From Candidatus Woesearchaeota archaeon (GTDB lineage: Archaea > Nanobdellota > Nanobdellia > Pacearchaeales > GW2011-AR1): a stretch of DNA of 64,000 nt. Positions 10,301 to 18,486 of the stretch are shown piece by piece; within the stretch, counting starts at the first letter, position 1, and each line of letters opens with the position of its first letter. Where the stretch lies: positions 100,548 through 164,547 of the forward strand of contig CAYITD010000002.1 in the NCBI GenBank assembly GCA_964366325.1. Direction: 5' to 3'. Under the pieces are notes generated by a model. The model was not told the DNA's origin. It did no database searches and saw only the letters and a list, made by a program, of their open reading frames with translations. A program made the position numbers and the translations under genes.

Positions 10301-12016
10301 ATTTACTAATAAATTTACTCCAACATACTCAATGTCGCCATTACTAAGATCCACATATGTTTTTGCATTAAATCTAAATAACACTCCATTAATAGTTTTC
10401 GTTTCCCTTATAATCATAGCTTCTACAACTTCTTCAGTTACCATCAACCCAAAATCAATCAATCCATCTTGATCGTTATCAATTCCATCTGAACAATCTG
10501 TACTTCCAAGAGAAATATCTAAAGGATATTCCCCATCATTTCCTGCATCATTTGAATTGCATCCTCCATCAGAAGAATCTATTTTTCCATCGTAATCATT
10601 ATCTATTCCATCTGAACATTCTCCGTTTGGAGTTGCTTCATTAGTATCAAATCTTTCTGCACAACCTCTATCAGAAGGATAATCTATTCTTCCATTATTA
10701 TCGTTGTCTTTTCCATCATCGCAAGCATATTGACCTAATTCATTATCATCAAAATAAGAGTCACATCCTCTATCCGCTGGCCAATCAGTAAATCCATCCC
10801 CATCATTATCGATTCCATCGTTGCATTGATATTTTACATAAGTGCAATCATTGTGACAAACATCTCCATTGAAACCGTCTCCGTCAATTTGATTTCCATC
10901 GTCACATTGTTCTCCTGTCTGTATAATACCATTTCCACAAACAGTGGGTCCCAAAGAAATATTCAAAATGTAGGGAGAGTTTTCAAGACCAATCGGGTAA
11001 ACTGCTTCATAGATATCCGAAATGCTAAATTTCTGTTTTTCCATCAACTCAGTCAATGAAGCAGTAACATCCATAATTTCTTGATAATCGCGAGTATGAA
11101 CTAAACCTAAAGTATGGCCTATTTCATGCGAAGCAACATTAGAAATGGCATTTACAATTTCATCAACATTAGGATGAAATTCTTCAAAACTTTGAAAAGT
11201 CTCTACAAAAACAATAGCTTCTCCAGATTTATCGTAATTGTAGTCCTCTACACCATTTGCAACTCCAAGTAAAGCTGGATTAAATGTTCCAAAATATATA
11301 TGTTTGTAGAGTTCAGAAGGCTCCTGACTATTATCAGAAGTTACAATTTTAACATTATAATTTCCAAAATCCTTTCTAACTTTTTCATATATCTTATTTT
11401 TTATTTCTGATATTTGTCCAAGATATTTTTCCGATAACCAAGACTCTTCTAGAGGTGGAACGTCACCTATCGGCATTGAACCAATTACGACATCTTTTCC
11501 GCCATTGAAATCTAGAAAAATAACTTGAGGCTCCTTAGGTGACCCTCCATAATAACCATCTAAGAATTTAACACTAAGTCTATAATCCACTGGATATTTC
11601 TGATACCCTGGGGTTTTTGCTAATGATAAATACAATACATCAAAATCATCCATTAATGTTAAAAAAGAATCTGGACCTTTTCTATCCAAAAAAACATTTC
11701 TGTGGTCATTAATTAATATTTCTTCCCCATTGCTTTTAAAAACTCCTAAAGCTAACTCAGGCTTTTCAAGTGAAGAAAATATAGAAATATCTAATACTTC
11801 TCCTTTTACAAATGGCCCATTTATCTTAAAAACATCTACATCAGGAATAGATTCTATGCTTCCTCTTATTGATAAGTCTTCTCTAAAATCACATTCACTC
11901 AAACTCTGAGCTGATGAAAATTCATTGTTGTTCTCTCGTTCTTCTACTTGACATAAAGCACTAGACAAATTTATAAAAATTATAAATGTCAAAAAAAGAA
12001 AAACAATCTTCTTCAT
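7346..12016 (-). CDS. Large secreted mosaic protein: PPC-like domain, matrixin-like zinc peptidase, DUF4215/myxobacterial Cys repeats, CxDGxDNDxDG repeats, CxDSDGG modules
   Basis: Signal peptide; HEIGHTLGLVH followed by a Met-turn (IMD); CGNG..EQCDDGN repeats; several CSDGIDND.DG..D repeats. Confidence 0.85.
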   Translation of the reverse strand: MKKIVFLFLTFIIFINLSSALCQVEERENNNEFSSAQSLSECDFREDLSIRGSIESIPDVDVFKINGPFVKGEVLDISIFSSLEKPELALGVFKSNGEEILINDHRNVFLDRKGPDSFLTLMDDFDVLYLSLAKTPGYQKYPVDYRLSVKFLDGYYGGSPKEPQVIFLDFNGGKDVVIGSMPIGDVPPLEESWLSEKYLGQISEIKNKIYEKVRKDFGNYNVKIVTSDNSQEPSELYKHIYFGTFNPALLGVANGVEDYNYDKSGEAIVFVETFQSFEEFHPNVDEIVNAISNVASHEIGHTLGLVHTRDYQEIMDVTASLTELMEKQKFSISDIYEAVYPIGLENSPYILNISLGPTVCGNGIIQTGEQCDDGNQIDGDGFNGDVCHNDCTYVKYQCNDGIDNDGDGFTDWPADRGCDSYFDDNELGQYACDDGKDNDNNGRIDYPSDRGCAERFDTNEATPNGECSDGIDNDYDGKIDSSDGGCNSNDAGNDGEYPLDISLGSTDCSDGIDNDQDGLIDFGLMVTEEVVEAMIIRETKTINGVLFRFNAKTYVDLSNGDIEYVGVNLLVNEESIFLEKNHPVKLFINNETYYVTLLYASSTYDSITISFSKANNLENYYDPSCSSYADTLESPVDKSSLFECSDGIDNDGDRYVDFNENDLNNIYGSDPGCSAYYDQSENPVDLAQCSDGIDNDQDGFVDYPDDSGCDYPEDKLEEPKNTAERCVDTDSNENGFQYAEAFAQGSIILNEQIREIDKCVNPYMVREQSCYNYEDEEGNRFIYGSFYDTDCGEENTCEINPSDGGGACKCEDECFIGESICLPSGEYKECGNYDFDPCNEWGEPRSCDGVGEKCKQVTEEPSRISQCEGKCYDTDSDRSYFDDENQKYYPGTVKGINPTNGQEMILKDSCSGQRAVTEYYCSFGDDGVQSIVAQCGQDEFCVGDGHNGYYCSSYNGVIEKCDGVDNDKDRAIDEGELCPTGQYCASSGQPAGCLDLPCYDSDEGSTEIRGTTGTLNEQYEDYCLVAGGTYRYVNEYSCDGNSVQSKAVECDSGKICSDGACVYQELCTDTDGDNLFVKGITTGVGINLVDETRHTYEDFCLPDRSNYFTIELLSATDNSATLKVTDEEGNSDTKEINEGDIKTMVTLGLSVEVLYADESNIRNVAKLSVIYAGKEYRIGLTSDSDPKETIYIQSNSKGNLYLEFSCLQNTPFVIESEKTCPNGYLCFDGACISPGSVCGNGYLEEGEQCDDGNQIDGDGCSKLCGAESSQICSDSDGGAKYDIKGEATKGNQREEDKCIFDRTKNEYVLSEMYCEDNEIQSVLTCFGNDVECKEGVCVNLIESLGCTDSDSENGLQNEEFNIGGTVSSKGINYKDYCGEGKDIIEYYCDENNNLGYITQFCGDDSICKTTQQGLAFCLKTTKCGNGKVETLEKCDDGNTNSGDGCSVDCKTETGYQCIGLPSKCFNNCTDTDGGVNYEEKGTANSLTDVCYNDLFNRTTDKKLMEYYCNFDRNPNGESRRTIYDCPDGCLDGKCVVVHPSPPSSFLDRLAKVFGLS

Positions 12017-12017
12017 T

Positions 12018-12608
12018 TTAATAAGAAAATTGGGGTATTCCCAATAAACACTCCTTTTTATGACCCCTTGTAAATTTATCTAATCTTTCTTTAGATAATT
12101 TATCTCTATACTTATCTCTCATTTCTAACTCCAAACTATCGCATATCTCTTTCCTTAATGTAGGATTTTGTTGAGAGGCTTTCTTCAAACAATAAATAGC
12201 ATCAAATTCCTTCTCGTTGCAAATTCTAAATATTTTATCCTTGTCTCCTTTTTCTTCCTCTAAAAAATCATACAAACCAGTATAGTCTGGTATAAATCCT
12301 CCTCTTGCTAAAATGTTTTTTGCTTCTGCGACTTTACTAAATTCTAAACTTGATAAATCAGGTAATTTTGAACATCCACCTATACCTAATACTCCTTTAT
12401 TGAAATGACAACTTTTCGATATGATAGAACACTCGTCAAAGTCACAAGCGTTAAAAAAACCAGCACCACATATAGAACATTCTTGCACTTTTATTTCTTC
12501 CCTAATCATATTATCAATTGCTCTTCCCTGAATAACAAATTTAAATGTAAAAAGAGATAAAAGCAGGATAACAACAAAAACTATCAAAAACAACACCCTC
12601 TTTTTCAT
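12018..12608 (-). CDS. Membrane-anchored Cys-containing hypothetical protein
   Basis: N-terminal TM helix, CSICGAGFFNACDFDEC motif; stop 1 nt from the next start, suggesting co-transcription. Confidence 0.7.
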   Translation of the reverse strand: MKKRVLFLIVFVVILLLSLFTFKFVIQGRAIDNMIREEIKVQECSICGAGFFNACDFDECSIISKSCHFNKGVLGIGGCSKLPDLSSLEFSKVAEAKNILARGGFIPDYTGLYDFLEEEKGDKDKIFRICNEKEFDAIYCLKKASQQNPTLRKEICDSLELEMRDKYRDKLSKERLDKFTRGHKKECLLGIPQFSY

Positions 12609-12671
12609 AACAAAACCAAAGAAAAATCATATTTATATGTTTCTCTTTAATACTAGTTCTTAGGTAAAAAA

Positions 12672-13742
12672 TTAATTTCGCAACGTATGAAAACCAAGTC
12701 TAGGCATTTGGCTTTCTCCTCTTAATCTTTCTGAATCTTCTACATATTTTACAACGTCTTCCCTAAATTGTTTTGCATCATAAACAACTTCGTTAGGCAC
12801 AAACTTTTCTCCAGCTCTTAAAGCTCCAATCAAATTATCATATCCTCTAGAAAGCAATACTCTTTTTTTAAAAACCGAAACATAATTACGGCAAAAAACT
12901 TCAACAAAAGCGCCAGTTATTTCTTCAGGGCATACATCAGTTAAATTTTGAGCATCATTCTCGCTTATTCTACCAAGACCATATTTCTCAGTAAATCTCA
13001 TCCACATTCTAGTTATTTGTTCTTTACAAGGAAAACCTATAAGTAAAGGAGTTAATCTTCCATCTCTTACTAGCGCTGGGTCAAAGTCATCTAGGTGAGA
13101 ATTAGTAGAAATAGCCAAAACAAGACCTTTTCCTCTATCATTTCCAATAAAACTTTTCATAACTTCCATAGCTTCAGTGTAATGTCTAGAAACAGAATAT
13201 GCTCCAATTTCTGCTCGTTCTGCAAATATTGTTCCTTCATCAAAAGAAACCATCGAAGGAAGACCTTTCTTGTCTGACATAGAAGAAGCATTTTCTAGCC
13301 TTTCCTGTAAATTCTTAGCAAATTGTCCCACAAAAGGATTGTTTATATCAGAAGCAAGAACATCCTCTGCATGAGCCCCAGAATTTGTAAAAACTCGTAT
13401 TAATGCTCGTTGTATTTCTGACTTGCCAGTTCCAGGAGGCCCATATAAAATAACTCCAGGAAATCTAGGTGCTCTTGCCTCTAATAAATCTGGTATGGAT
13501 GTTTTTTCAACAATAGAATCTAAAACAGCGTTAGAAAGAAACAAATCATCAAAGGGAGCTAAAACACTTACCACACACTCTGAAGTTAATTCCCTACCTC
13601 TAACCTCGATTTTATCACGACCTTCCATATCTTTAATTTTAGCGCTTAAACCCTTGTTCTCTCTTGCTAAAGAAGCAACTCTCCTACCCAAACTCTTAAC
13701 TTCTCTCTTCAAACTTTCAGTTATCGAATCTTTATGAGTCAT
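12672..13742 (-). CDS. AAA+ ATPase with N-terminal coiled coil
   Basis: GVILYGPPGTGKS (Walker A), SFDEG (Walker B), STN (sensor 1), DPALVRDGR (second region of homology). Confidence 0.85.
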   Translation of the reverse strand: MTHKDSITESLKREVKSLGRRVASLARENKGLSAKIKDMEGRDKIEVRGRELTSECVVSVLAPFDDLFLSNAVLDSIVEKTSIPDLLEARAPRFPGVILYGPPGTGKSEIQRALIRVFTNSGAHAEDVLASDINNPFVGQFAKNLQERLENASSMSDKKGLPSMVSFDEGTIFAERAEIGAYSVSRHYTEAMEVMKSFIGNDRGKGLVLAISTNSHLDDFDPALVRDGRLTPLLIGFPCKEQITRMWMRFTEKYGLGRISENDAQNLTDVCPEEITGAFVEVFCRNYVSVFKKRVLLSRGYDNLIGALRAGEKFVPNEVVYDAKQFREDVVKYVEDSERLRGESQMPRLGFHTLRN

Positions 13743-13789
13743 AAAAATAGACAAAAACAAAGAGATTTAAACATTTCTATACGGCAAAA

Positions 13790-14797
13790 TCAAGCAGCCA
13801 ACTGAGAATCAAGGACACTCTTGAATTGAGCATAAGGGACAGCACCTTCTAATTTAACTCCATTAACAAAGAAAGTAGGCGTTCCCAAATCGCCGCCATC
13901 AGCAAGATCTTTATCAACTTCTGCTTTCATTTCCCCATTATCCAAGCAGCTAGAGATATCAAATCCAAGGCTCTTAGCCCATTTCTTCAAATCATCCTTA
14001 GTGTATTGAGCAGTTCCTTTCACAGGACCTTCTTTGCTACCTGAATCAATAACATTCTGCTCTTCAAATATCTTATCATGCATCTTCCAAAAAGAAACAT
14101 CTCCTCCTTTCTTTCTCACACACTCAGCAGCCTCTGAAGAAAGATGAGCCATAGGATGAATAGACAACGGATAATCTCTAAAAACAAGTTTAGCTTTTCC
14201 AGTATCAATGTATTCCTTTTTCAATTGAGCATAAGTCTCTGTCCAGAATTTCCTACAATAAGGACATTGAAAATCAGAAAACTCAACTATCGTGATCGGG
14301 GCTTCCTTCTTGCCTAAAACAGCATCATCATCAGGACTCATCTGCGACTCATCAACTTCATCAGCATTCTCCAAACTGGTATTGTCTTGCTCTGGGATTT
14401 CACCATTCAAAGACACAGGCTGGCCTGCAAGTAAATAATTCCCATCTAAAGTAACATAAACCGGAACATCTTGCCCATTAAAAGCAAGTGTAGCTTTGTA
14501 AAAAGAATTCTCCTTTTCAACTGATATCAAAGTAACCTGCCCCTGTAAAGAAGGGTTTGAATTCAAAAATTTAAGAACTGATTCTCCAGCTTTATCTTTA
14601 CTAACCTCTCCTCCACCAAAGCCTCCTCCAAAAGACAAAATCAATATCAAAGCTATGGCCAAAACAAAAGTAGAAACAATCCAAGGATTCTTCCTAACCT
14701 TAGAGAAAAACTTCCCAACCGGAATTTCAATAACATCACTTTTCTTCGCACCATCATGATGATGAGGTAAAGGCTTAGTAGCATCCATCCTCTCCAT
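13790..14797 (-). CDS. DsbA-family thiol-disulfide oxidoreductase, membrane anchored
   Basis: EFSDFQCPYC, FRDYPL..H, GTPTFFVNG; N-terminal TM helix. Confidence 0.92.
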   Translation of the reverse strand: MERMDATKPLPHHHDGAKKSDVIEIPVGKFFSKVRKNPWIVSTFVLAIALILILSFGGGFGGGEVSKDKAGESVLKFLNSNPSLQGQVTLISVEKENSFYKATLAFNGQDVPVYVTLDGNYLLAGQPVSLNGEIPEQDNTSLENADEVDESQMSPDDDAVLGKKEAPITIVEFSDFQCPYCRKFWTETYAQLKKEYIDTGKAKLVFRDYPLSIHPMAHLSSEAAECVRKKGGDVSFWKMHDKIFEEQNVIDSGSKEGPVKGTAQYTKDDLKKWAKSLGFDISSCLDNGEMKAEVDKDLADGGDLGTPTFFVNGVKLEGAVPYAQFKSVLDSQLAA

Positions 14798-15147
14798 TAA
14801 TATAGATCATTTAAAAATCTTTTGAAAGATAAATCGTTAAGTAATTAAATAATTAATAGAAACTAATCTAATAAGACATGTTCTTCCAAGTTGGCTCTCA
14901 AAAGTTTCAATATTCTATATATTATACGACATCTAAACTAAGCAATTTCTGCATTTGTCAAGAACTATGAATTAAAGTGAGAGTATGTCTGGTTCTTGAA
15001 CATGCTCAAGAATTACATTTGATAAAGCTAGCTACTTTAATGAAAAGCTAAAGAAAACGTAAGTCTTGACATATAAAAATTATTACACTCTGTAGGTGAC
15101 TTTAAAACCCTTAACTCTCTTCTTTCAAAATTCTCTATAATTAACAA

Positions 15148-16494
15148 TCAATCTCGGCTTGAATTTTTCATAGCTTTCATTGTTTCAAACAAAACTAACA
15201 ACTGAAGTTGAACAAGCTTTTTTATGGGAATTGTTTTAAGTTTAAATTTCTCATCAATATCTATAATGCACTCTTCCACCTTTTCTTCTATCTCCTTAAT
15301 TAGATCTCTTTTAAGTTTTGCCTTAATCGCCGCTCTTCTTAACTGCCCAAAAGATAAACCTGTATAAAATTTGTATCCTGTATCTGTATCAAATATTTCA
15401 GAAAAAGCAGCCATCCTATCGAACTCATTTGAAGAAAGAACATGATTTTTAGCATGATGATTTCCGATCTTTACTTTCTTCTCCAATTGTTTAACAATAT
15501 AATAATCTGGATCTGGTTCCTTCAGATCTTTTAAAATCTCTTGAATAAACTTTGAATAGAACGTAAGATTCTTGTCAGACTCTTCTATCATTTTAAGCCA
15601 AATTTCTCTCCTTGTTTTGTCTGATAAAGCATTATTGAGGATTTCCTTTTCATAAAAATAAGGAACCTCTCCCTTTATCACCACAACAGATGGATTTTTC
15701 CTTAACAAATAATTTGTACTATTATCCCCATGTTTTAATACTTCCTTAGGGTTCCTCCCTAACTTTACTTGATAATCATAATATTCTTTGAATCCAAAAT
15801 CAAAATAAAAAGGTTTTCTAATTTCAACCATAAACTCTTCCTCCGGTTCGCCTAAATGTAAAGGAATTCCTAAATTATTAACTTCTTTAATAATCTCATC
15901 ATAATAAGAATTCTCAAATTTCTTTGTAGAAAAGAAATACGCACCTCCAAATCCAGAATTATGTAATGGATACATCAAATCAGGTTTTATTTCTTCCATA
16001 ATTTTCATTAGTACCTTTGTTTCTACAAGCGGAGAATTCCACTCAAAATCTTTATATTTTATCGGAAAAGTCCAATCTATCATCCTGTCCGCAGAAGGCC
16101 GATAAAAGTTTTGAAAATACTTCTTAAGTGTCAACTCCCCTTTAAACCAGCCTTCATTTAACTTAGTTCCATCTGGATCTATAGAATAAATAAAATACCA
16201 TGTGTAATCAAATTCTTTCAATTTTTCAGGATTGTTCCCAAAATAATTTATCAAAAAATCTATAAGCAGAGAACCTACGGGCTCATTAGGATGAGGAAAT
16301 CCCCAAACAAAAGCCTTTTTAGAACCATTCCCAACTCTCATCATGTAAATAGAGTGTGTGCCCTCAGACTTTCCAACTTCCCGTAGTTCAAAATCATATT
16401 TTTCTGATAACTCTTTAGTTCTTTTATCTAGTTCCTCAATTGTAAAGAAAGAATCATAATCCTCAACTTTGTTCAAAATATCTTTTATATCCAT
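15148..16494 (-). CDS. M14-family zinc carboxypeptidase
   Basis: GKSEG, PHPNEP (HxxE), DPDG, LHNS, EVPY. Confidence 0.8.
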   Translation of the reverse strand: MDIKDILNKVEDYDSFFTIEELDKRTKELSEKYDFELREVGKSEGTHSIYMMRVGNGSKKAFVWGFPHPNEPVGSLLIDFLINYFGNNPEKLKEFDYTWYFIYSIDPDGTKLNEGWFKGELTLKKYFQNFYRPSADRMIDWTFPIKYKDFEWNSPLVETKVLMKIMEEIKPDLMYPLHNSGFGGAYFFSTKKFENSYYDEIIKEVNNLGIPLHLGEPEEEFMVEIRKPFYFDFGFKEYYDYQVKLGRNPKEVLKHGDNSTNYLLRKNPSVVVIKGEVPYFYEKEILNNALSDKTRREIWLKMIEESDKNLTFYSKFIQEILKDLKEPDPDYYIVKQLEKKVKIGNHHAKNHVLSSNEFDRMAAFSEIFDTDTGYKFYTGLSFGQLRRAAIKAKLKRDLIKEIEEKVEECIIDIDEKFKLKTIPIKKLVQLQLLVLFETMKAMKNSSRD

Positions 16495-16594
16495 AACAAA
16501 AGTTACAATACAGAATATAAAAACATTACATTGTTCTGTAATCTAAATCAAACCACCACATAACATTTAATAAATCCCTTCCATTAAAATATAA

Positions 16595-17902
16595 ATGGCT
16601 TATGATATAATAGTAGGACGAGACAAGTCAGATAAAGAAAAGTTTGGTGACCGCGGTTTAATCTACTTAGGAAAAGGATATGTAAAAATGGGGAACTACA
16701 ATTCACTCTCAAATAAAATATGGATGGACATCGCTCGTTCTCATGTAATTTTAATAGCTGGAAAGAGAGGATCTGGAAAAAGCTACACTCTGGGAACCAT
16801 AGCAGAAGAACTTTCAAATCTCCCAGAAGAAACATCAAAAAACATAGCTTCACTGATTTTTGACACTATGGGAATTTTTTGGACTATGAAGTACAAAAAT
16901 GAAAAAGACAGAATACTTTTAGATGAATGGGGACTTGAAGCAAAAAACCTTCCAGTAAAAGTATTCATTCCATTTGGTAAAAAAATAGATTATGAAAAAA
17001 AGGGAGTTCCTTTTGACTTTACTTTCGCTCTAAAACCCTCAGAGTTAGAAGTAGATGATTGGATAACTTTATTCAATCTAGATATGACTTCACTAACTTC
17101 TGTTTTAATAAACAGAATAATAACAAATTTGAAAGAGTCAGAAAATTTCACTTCAAAAGAGATAGAAAAAGAGATAGAATCAGACAAAAAATCTTCAAAA
17201 GAAACAAAAGAAATAGTTTCTGCACTTTTTTCAACAGCATTCAACTGGGGAATATTTTCAGAAAGTGAAGAAGGAACAGAAATAAAAGATTTAATGACTC
17301 CAGGCACAACAACAGTCCTAGACATTTCAGTTTATAGTTCAACCAGTGCTTTTAATGTGAGAGCTTTAGTAATTAGCTTAATCTCAAAAAAAATATTCCA
17401 AAAAAGAATGGATGCAAGAAAAAAAGAAGAATTAGAATCACTAAGACACGGTCAAGACTATTTATCTTACAAATCAGAGCGTACAGAACCCCTAGTTTGG
17501 ATTTTTATTGATGAAGCTCATGAATTCCTCCCAAAAGAAGGAAAAACTCCTGCAACAGATGCATTAATTCAGTTGTTAAGAGAAGGAAGACAACCAGGTA
17601 TCTCCGTAGTCTTGGCAACACAACAGCCAGGACAAATACATAAAGATGTAATGACTCAAGCGGACCTTGTAATTTCACATAGATTAACAGCTAAACCTGA
17701 TATAGAAGCATTAAATGAAATAATGCAATCCTATTTATTAAAAAACATCAAGCAGGAAATTGATGAGCTTTCCTCCGCAAAAGGCTCAGCCATATTGTTA
17801 GACGACAATTCAGAAAGAATCTATCCAATGCGAGTCCGTCCCAAATTCACTTGGCATGGCGGAGAAGCACCAACCTCAGTTAAAGCAGAGTTTAAGATAT
17901 AA
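16595..17902 (+). CDS. HerA/FtsK-like ATPase (DUF87 type)
   Basis: GKRGSGKS, IFIDEAH, REGRQPG, ATQQP. Confidence 0.88.
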   Translation: MAYDIIVGRDKSDKEKFGDRGLIYLGKGYVKMGNYNSLSNKIWMDIARSHVILIAGKRGSGKSYTLGTIAEELSNLPEETSKNIASLIFDTMGIFWTMKYKNEKDRILLDEWGLEAKNLPVKVFIPFGKKIDYEKKGVPFDFTFALKPSELEVDDWITLFNLDMTSLTSVLINRIITNLKESENFTSKEIEKEIESDKKSSKETKEIVSALFSTAFNWGIFSESEEGTEIKDLMTPGTTTVLDISVYSSTSAFNVRALVISLISKKIFQKRMDARKKEELESLRHGQDYLSYKSERTEPLVWIFIDEAHEFLPKEGKTPATDALIQLLREGRQPGISVVLATQQPGQIHKDVMTQADLVISHRLTAKPDIEALNEIMQSYLLKNIKQEIDELSSAKGSAILLDDNSERIYPMRVRPKFTWHGGEAPTSVKAEFKI

Positions 17903-17948
17903 AAGCCTTGAAAGTAATGTTTAAAAGGATAAAAATAATAAAATAATT

Positions 17949-18266
17949 ATGACAGAAGAAGTTAACACAACTCTAGCATATAGACCTCAAAATCAAAGAA
18001 GTCATGAAACAAAAGAAGCTGAAAGATCCACAACTCGTCAGTATAAAAGACTAAGTACACAAATGGCACAAGAAGAACTATTTAGATCATTAACCCAACT
18101 GGCAAATCTTCCTAGAAATGAAATGGATGCGGCAGAAGAATTATTAAGAGTAATTTCACGAGGGATCTCCGCATATAGTGGAGACGAAAGAACAGATCTG
18201 GAAATCAGAATGGACGCAGCTGCAACCGCTCACACTTTAGGCGAACCAGGAAGATATAGAGTTTAA
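17949..18266 (+). CDS. Hypothetical protein
   Basis: 105-aa helical-looking ORF; TTTAAAA box upstream. Confidence 0.6.
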   Translation: MTEEVNTTLAYRPQNQRSHETKEAERSTTRQYKRLSTQMAQEELFRSLTQLANLPRNEMDAAEELLRVISRGISAYSGDERTDLEIRMDAAATAHTLGEPGRYRV

Positions 18267-18486
18267 TTGAGGAATAAAGTTTTTTAAAGTCGCTCAAATT
18301 TAATAATAGTAAGGGAGAAATATGAAATTAACAAAAAATTACAAATCGAAAAAATTAGCTCTATTATTTATAGTTTCTTCTTCATTGAAATCTCTTCACC
18401 TAGATCACACTTAAAAAATGTTCTAATGAAAAAACGAATTTCAACTATACAATAAAGAAACGAGACAAAAGGAGCATAAAAACTTA

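Noticed and set aside
14820-15120. Long intergenic region, possible decayed transposase fragment
   Set aside because: Only a vague stop-interrupted resemblance on the minus strand; no terminal repeats or catalytic motif could be supported
16595-17902. HerA-like ATPase as part of a defence or conjugation system
   Set aside because: No NurA, Sir2 or secretion-system partner adjacent; stand-alone copies are common in archaea
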